A stretch of 64,000 nucleotides of DNA from Marsupella aquatica. Its lineage: Eukaryota > Plantae > Marchantiophyta. The stretch lies in assembly GCA_973895155.1 (NCBI GenBank), contig OZ316894.1, positions 10,633,874 to 10,697,873 on the forward strand, written 5' to 3'. Position 1 is the first letter of the stretch. Every line of letters begins with the position of its first letter. The notes under the pieces were generated by a model. It ran no database searches. It saw only the letters and a program-made list of their open reading frames with translations, and was not told the DNA's origin. The position numbers and the translations under genes were made by a program. Below, piece after piece: positions 59,551-64,000 of this stretch.

Positions 59551-62500
59551 TGAGCTGATACTTGTTTTTGCTTTGGGAGCTCGATGAAGGGCCGTAGGGT
59601 TCAAGGGGTGTGGATCTCGCGGTCAGTGTCTGGGCATTTTTATTCTTTGGGGAGACTTTATGGTAACTTACCAATGGGGCTGAAATGGGACTCTGTGGGT
59701 ACTATTTGCCCCTAGAGATTAGAGAAAACTCTAATAGCACTTGGGAAACTGGATCACTATTTTAGAAACTGGGTATTTGAACAGATTCAACTGGGTCCAC
59801 TTGCACATCCCATGTTGGGTGCTTGACTGGGTAATTAATAATGGTTTGAAATGCGTTTGGCAACTGGTCAGCTCAGATAGAATATAGTGTTTACTTTTGT
59901 CCTCACTCCTCCCATGTGCATGGGGTGGGGGTGGTGGCTTTCCTGAAGCATTTCCCAGTTCTCCCTATGAGGAGAAATTCCCTGTGAGGGCCCTCTCGAT
60001 TCCCAGATTTGATTCCAATGCAACTAAATATAGGCAATACAATTCTGGATAATATGACAAATTTCCCAAGAACCAAGTCACAGCTGGAGATGCTCTTGGA
60101 AGCTTCCTCAAAAGATCCATGTGATTTGGTATCCTCCTGTCATTCTCTAAACTTAAAACAAGTTTATAGAATACCACCCCCTTTAGCTATGAGTTGCTCC
60201 TCAGGTAACTTAAACAACTTTCTCGACTACCAACTCCTAAACCGTGAGTACCTTCTTAAATTAATTAGGCTAATGCGGGCATCATGCAAAACTGATGAAT
60301 TCCTCACTTGAGTGTGTCCTTTCACTTCTTAAGGAGCCTATGGTTACACAAAACTACCATTTCTCTACCAAGAGTTGTAGCACCTGCATTTCTGGTCACT
60401 CTCTTGGCCATTCTAACTGAGGTTCTTGTCAGGACTTTTGCCATCAAACTTGACGGTCAGACTACTAAACTTCATTCAGAGAACTAATTTTCAAAGAGGC
60501 AGAGAAATAAATTGACAACTTTTGGAGCAAATAATTCCATTTAGCCTTACACAATGTCTTTCAAAGGTAATACACTGATTGCATTTATTATATGCAGGGA
60601 AAACTATTCAGTGGTGAATGGAACCTCTCCCTTTATGGCAGGGTGTATGCAGTTGCTCAAGCTTAAAAATGCATAGTGGGGCCCTCACTCTGGTGGTGGG
60701 GCAAATCAGGTTGGTCAGGCCTACTAACGACTGAAAAGTTGCAGAAATGCTGTCACCATGGAAAGTGTTCTTGTTGTTGTTATCAATAGGGCTACTTGGA
60801 GGCAGTCAAGTGTTAGCACCTTTGAAAACAACACAGTCAGTGATGAGGCTGGCCACCTGGCCTGGGAGTCCAGGCTTGATGTGGTGGTGGGTGGGGGGGG
60901 GGGGGGGTAGCAGGTCAAGGCACGGACCATCCTGCACATTGGTGGACAATGTGGCTGGAAACCTGGAGGGAGAGTCCAGGCTTGGAGTGAGGGGACAATT
61001 AGCCTTATACAAAATTGGTGGTTAATTGATAAATAAGTTTAAAGTGACAGAATTGTAATTATGTTCATCCTTAGTGCAATTCTGATGAAACTTTGGCAAT
61101 ATATCACCCTAACTTGTGTTTTTGAAGAAAACAGTGCTGTGAAAGATCCCCTTGCACAATTTGGCCTCAGTTGATACAAGCCCCTGCTTATTCTGGTAGC
61201 CTTGATTTGGAATGTCAATTATGAAACACTTCTTTTTTTGGTCTTGAACGGAAATGAGGAAGAACACTTAGTAGTCTCTCTCCACCTCAATATTGACATG
61301 CATGCATTGTAGGGAACCCATTTCAGGGTGAGCCCCCACTGATCAGACAGGGACCCACATCAGGAGGGAGAGAGGATTAATTCAGGACCCCAAAGTGAAC
61401 AACCAGTGGCCGAGTAGATAATCAGAACCCCATCCACTACCCACAAAAACCCACCTCCCCCTCACACATAAACCTGAGGCCTTTCAGTTCCAAGCTAATC
61501 CCCTAGCCAACTGGCCAGTTGGTTGTTATGCAACGCTTTTTACAATGAAAGCATGCACAACAAAAACAATTTTGCAACCATGACACTTTCCACCATGACA
61601 ACATTTTGTACCCACAACCCTTTGTGCAAGGCATTGGGTATTGAGCTACACTAGTGTAAAGTGGCTTTCCAAGACATTGTCGCCCACATCTTCTGACTAC
61701 TCTCTCTGAGGTTGATTCTAGACTATTTATATAAATGGAAATGGCTGCAGTTGACTTTACAACAAGTAGGGGTATTCAGGTAAGGTGTCTACGAAATCCT
61801 ACATGGCAAGCAGTGGGCCCAAGAAAATGCTGATGTGGGGTGCACTTATTGTTTAGGCAACCTCATTCCAAACTTTAGCTCCTTCATGAAAGGAATTTGC
61901 ATTTATTGAACTTCATTTCAATTTTTTATTTATTTCTCTATCTTTAGAACACAAAGTGATTCTCCCATTTTCTTTGGTGAAAATAGTTGCACCTACACAG
62001 GAAGCCTTGCAAACATGAATATTTCTGGTCGCAAAGAATTTGCCAAATTCTACCTATCTGAAAAGTTTTTGCCAAAGTTGTTAGGCTTTTAGTCTGCCAT
62101 TAGCCAGTTTCACACTTAGCAACAGACTCAATTAGCCAAAAATCTGTTGGCTATCCTCAAATCTAGGGGGTTCTGACAATCAGAAATTTATCCAATAAAT
62201 TTTGGTAACAAGTGTTCATAGCGTCTTCTCCTTCACTCAATGTGACCAGCTCCATTCCAAACTGTGCTCTATTGCTGAAAGGGATTTGCATTTACTGACT
62301 TTGGTTTCAAACAAATTTGGTCTCTAGTTTATCTTGAGAATAAGAAGTGGTCGCCCTGTTTGCGTTGGAGAAAAAAAAGTCATAAGTGCCCACAAAGTCT
62401 TCTTTAAAAAAAGTCATAATGGCACCCAAAGTCTGTCACGTGCCACGAAGTCTTGTAAAGCACCCCTATATAGCGGGCTCATCCTGGAACTCGTTTGTGT

Positions 62501-62984
62501 TTTGTCTTGTAGCGGAAACATTGTATACGAGTGTACACGTTTAGGGCGTATACGAGTTTAAAGGAAATATAAAAGATTAGGGCTGTGAGATGAATGCAGA
62601 GAGTTTAGGGCGGCAAGTGCTGAAACGACGACGACTAATCAGGCTGTGGAGTCGGGTGTGGAGTTTAGGGCTAAAGAGTCCTGGCCAAAATGCTGATCAG
62701 GCTCGTTCCTGGCCGAAGTGCTAATCTCAGGCTCATACTCTCCTTTTGTCGGAGCTCTCTCTCGTGGCGCATCTGTGTTTTGTGTGGTCTCCTCGTGGCT
62801 CTCTGCTCGTGCTTGGGGTGCTGCTCTCGATGTCACTGCTGCCGTCGCTGCTGTATCGTGGTTGCTGTATCGTGAGTTGGGCTTGGGATTGAGCTGCCGT
62901 CTCCGCTGTATCGTTGATGCTGTATTGCGAGCTGGGTTTGGGATGCTTGAGTTGCTGCTATCGTTGGTCGTTGCTGGGTCCAGG

Positions 62985-63275
62985 CCCGATGCTCAATGTT
63001 GGTTGCTGCTGCGCCTCACTGCTGCGGACTCAATCTCGATGTCTCCCTGGCTAATTGATGCTCTCCCTCTCGATTCTCTTGATGCTGCAGCTCGATGTCG
63101 GTTGCTGCTGCGCCTCACTGTTGCGGACTCGATCTCAATACATGTCTCCTTGGCTGATCGATGCTCTCTCCCTGGCTGATCGATGCTCTCTCCCTCTCGA
63201 TGCTGCACTTCTGAGAATGGAGCGATGGTGATGTCCAGAATGCTGCCTGTCTTGATGCTGCAGCTCGATGTCCAG
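62985..63275. repeat. Short tandem duplications (~100-bp unit plus GATGCTCTCTCCCT subrepeats), possibly the start of another TE
   Basis: GGTTGCTGCTGCGCCTCACTG at ~63001 and ~63100. GATGCTGCAGCTCGATGTC at ~63081 and ~63254. Confidence 0.7.
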
Positions 63276-64000
63276 AAGAAGGAAACTTTTTATGTTCCAG
63301 GATGATCAGATCAATGAGAGTGCGGCTCATCGTTGCAGCCGAGTCCGGATGCTTTAGTGGTCTGCATCGAGACTACACTTTGAAGAAATTGAACTTGTTC
63401 GATCTTCTCAGGGACAACTATCGTGCTCTCAGTCTCAGTGTATTGTGCTTATTTTTAAACTCTTAGCTCTACACATGGACCTCAGTGTGTTGTGCTAGTT
63501 TTTTACTCCTGGATGTGTATTGTCCTTGTCTTCAAGAGGGTGCATAGAGCTCAGCCTCCGTAAGTGTTGTGGCCAATGATTTATAAATTTGTAGAGAGAG
63601 ACTGGTGGGTTTAGATGGGTTACTCTGCTTGGAAGGCTGTCCAGTGTTCACTGGACAATTCAGGGTTCAATTCCCTGGCAGAGTGTTAAGTGCTTGGGCG
63701 TCTTAAAGACTGAAAACAAACTTAAGAAAAGAGCCAACTGCAGCTGGAAGGCTTTGCGGAAAAAGCAATTGCAATACTTATGTCTCAGAAAAATTTCCCA
63801 CCATTTCACTGATCTGGTCTATGTGAAATTGTCTCAGAAAAATTCCACGACATTGTTGGGGATTGGGGTTATATCTAACCTTACATTTTCCTAAAAGGGG
63901 TAAAAAAATTAAATCAAAAGCAAGGATTATTGTTTTGGCAAAAGGGGTTTGAAAATCATCCATAGGGTAACTATTCTGATAAGTGTCTTATTGTAAGAGT

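Noticed and set aside
62639-63330. ORFs of 60-150 aa near the right end
   Set aside because: They derive from short duplicated low-complexity units, with no recognisable domain.

Overview
Eukaryotic land-plant genomic DNA, probably a non-seed plant (inferred from the TE types and the COG5, tRNA and RPL18a sequences). It is mostly nested transposable elements around one clear host gene (single-exon COG5, 55147-57720) and one tRNA-Thr(UGU). From left to right: tandem repeats and a degenerate foldback; a CRE-type non-LTR retrotransposon with a restriction-like endonuclease (RLE) (10630-14715, minus); a 3'-truncated Tork/Tnt1-like Copia; a 250-bp satellite next to the tRNA; an old deleted Copia (25126-44940, TSD GGAAC) that holds a complete 17-kb CACTA/En-Spm transposon (25743-42772, TIR CACTAGAAGAA, TSD GGG); and a Bianca-lineage Copia inserted in a 53-bp minisatellite upstream of COG5. 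The main finding is the CACTA cargo. Upstream of tnpD and tnpA, on the same strand, lie three compact genes: a Cys/His zinc-finger ORF, a stand-alone EDM2-like triple-PHD histone reader, and an intact tandem-BRCT protein resembling the DNA polymerase lambda BRCT. This may be a transposon-encoded anti-silencing plus NHEJ-adaptor module. The element also carries a captured RPL18a exon. All homology calls come from motif recognition by eye; no searches were run.
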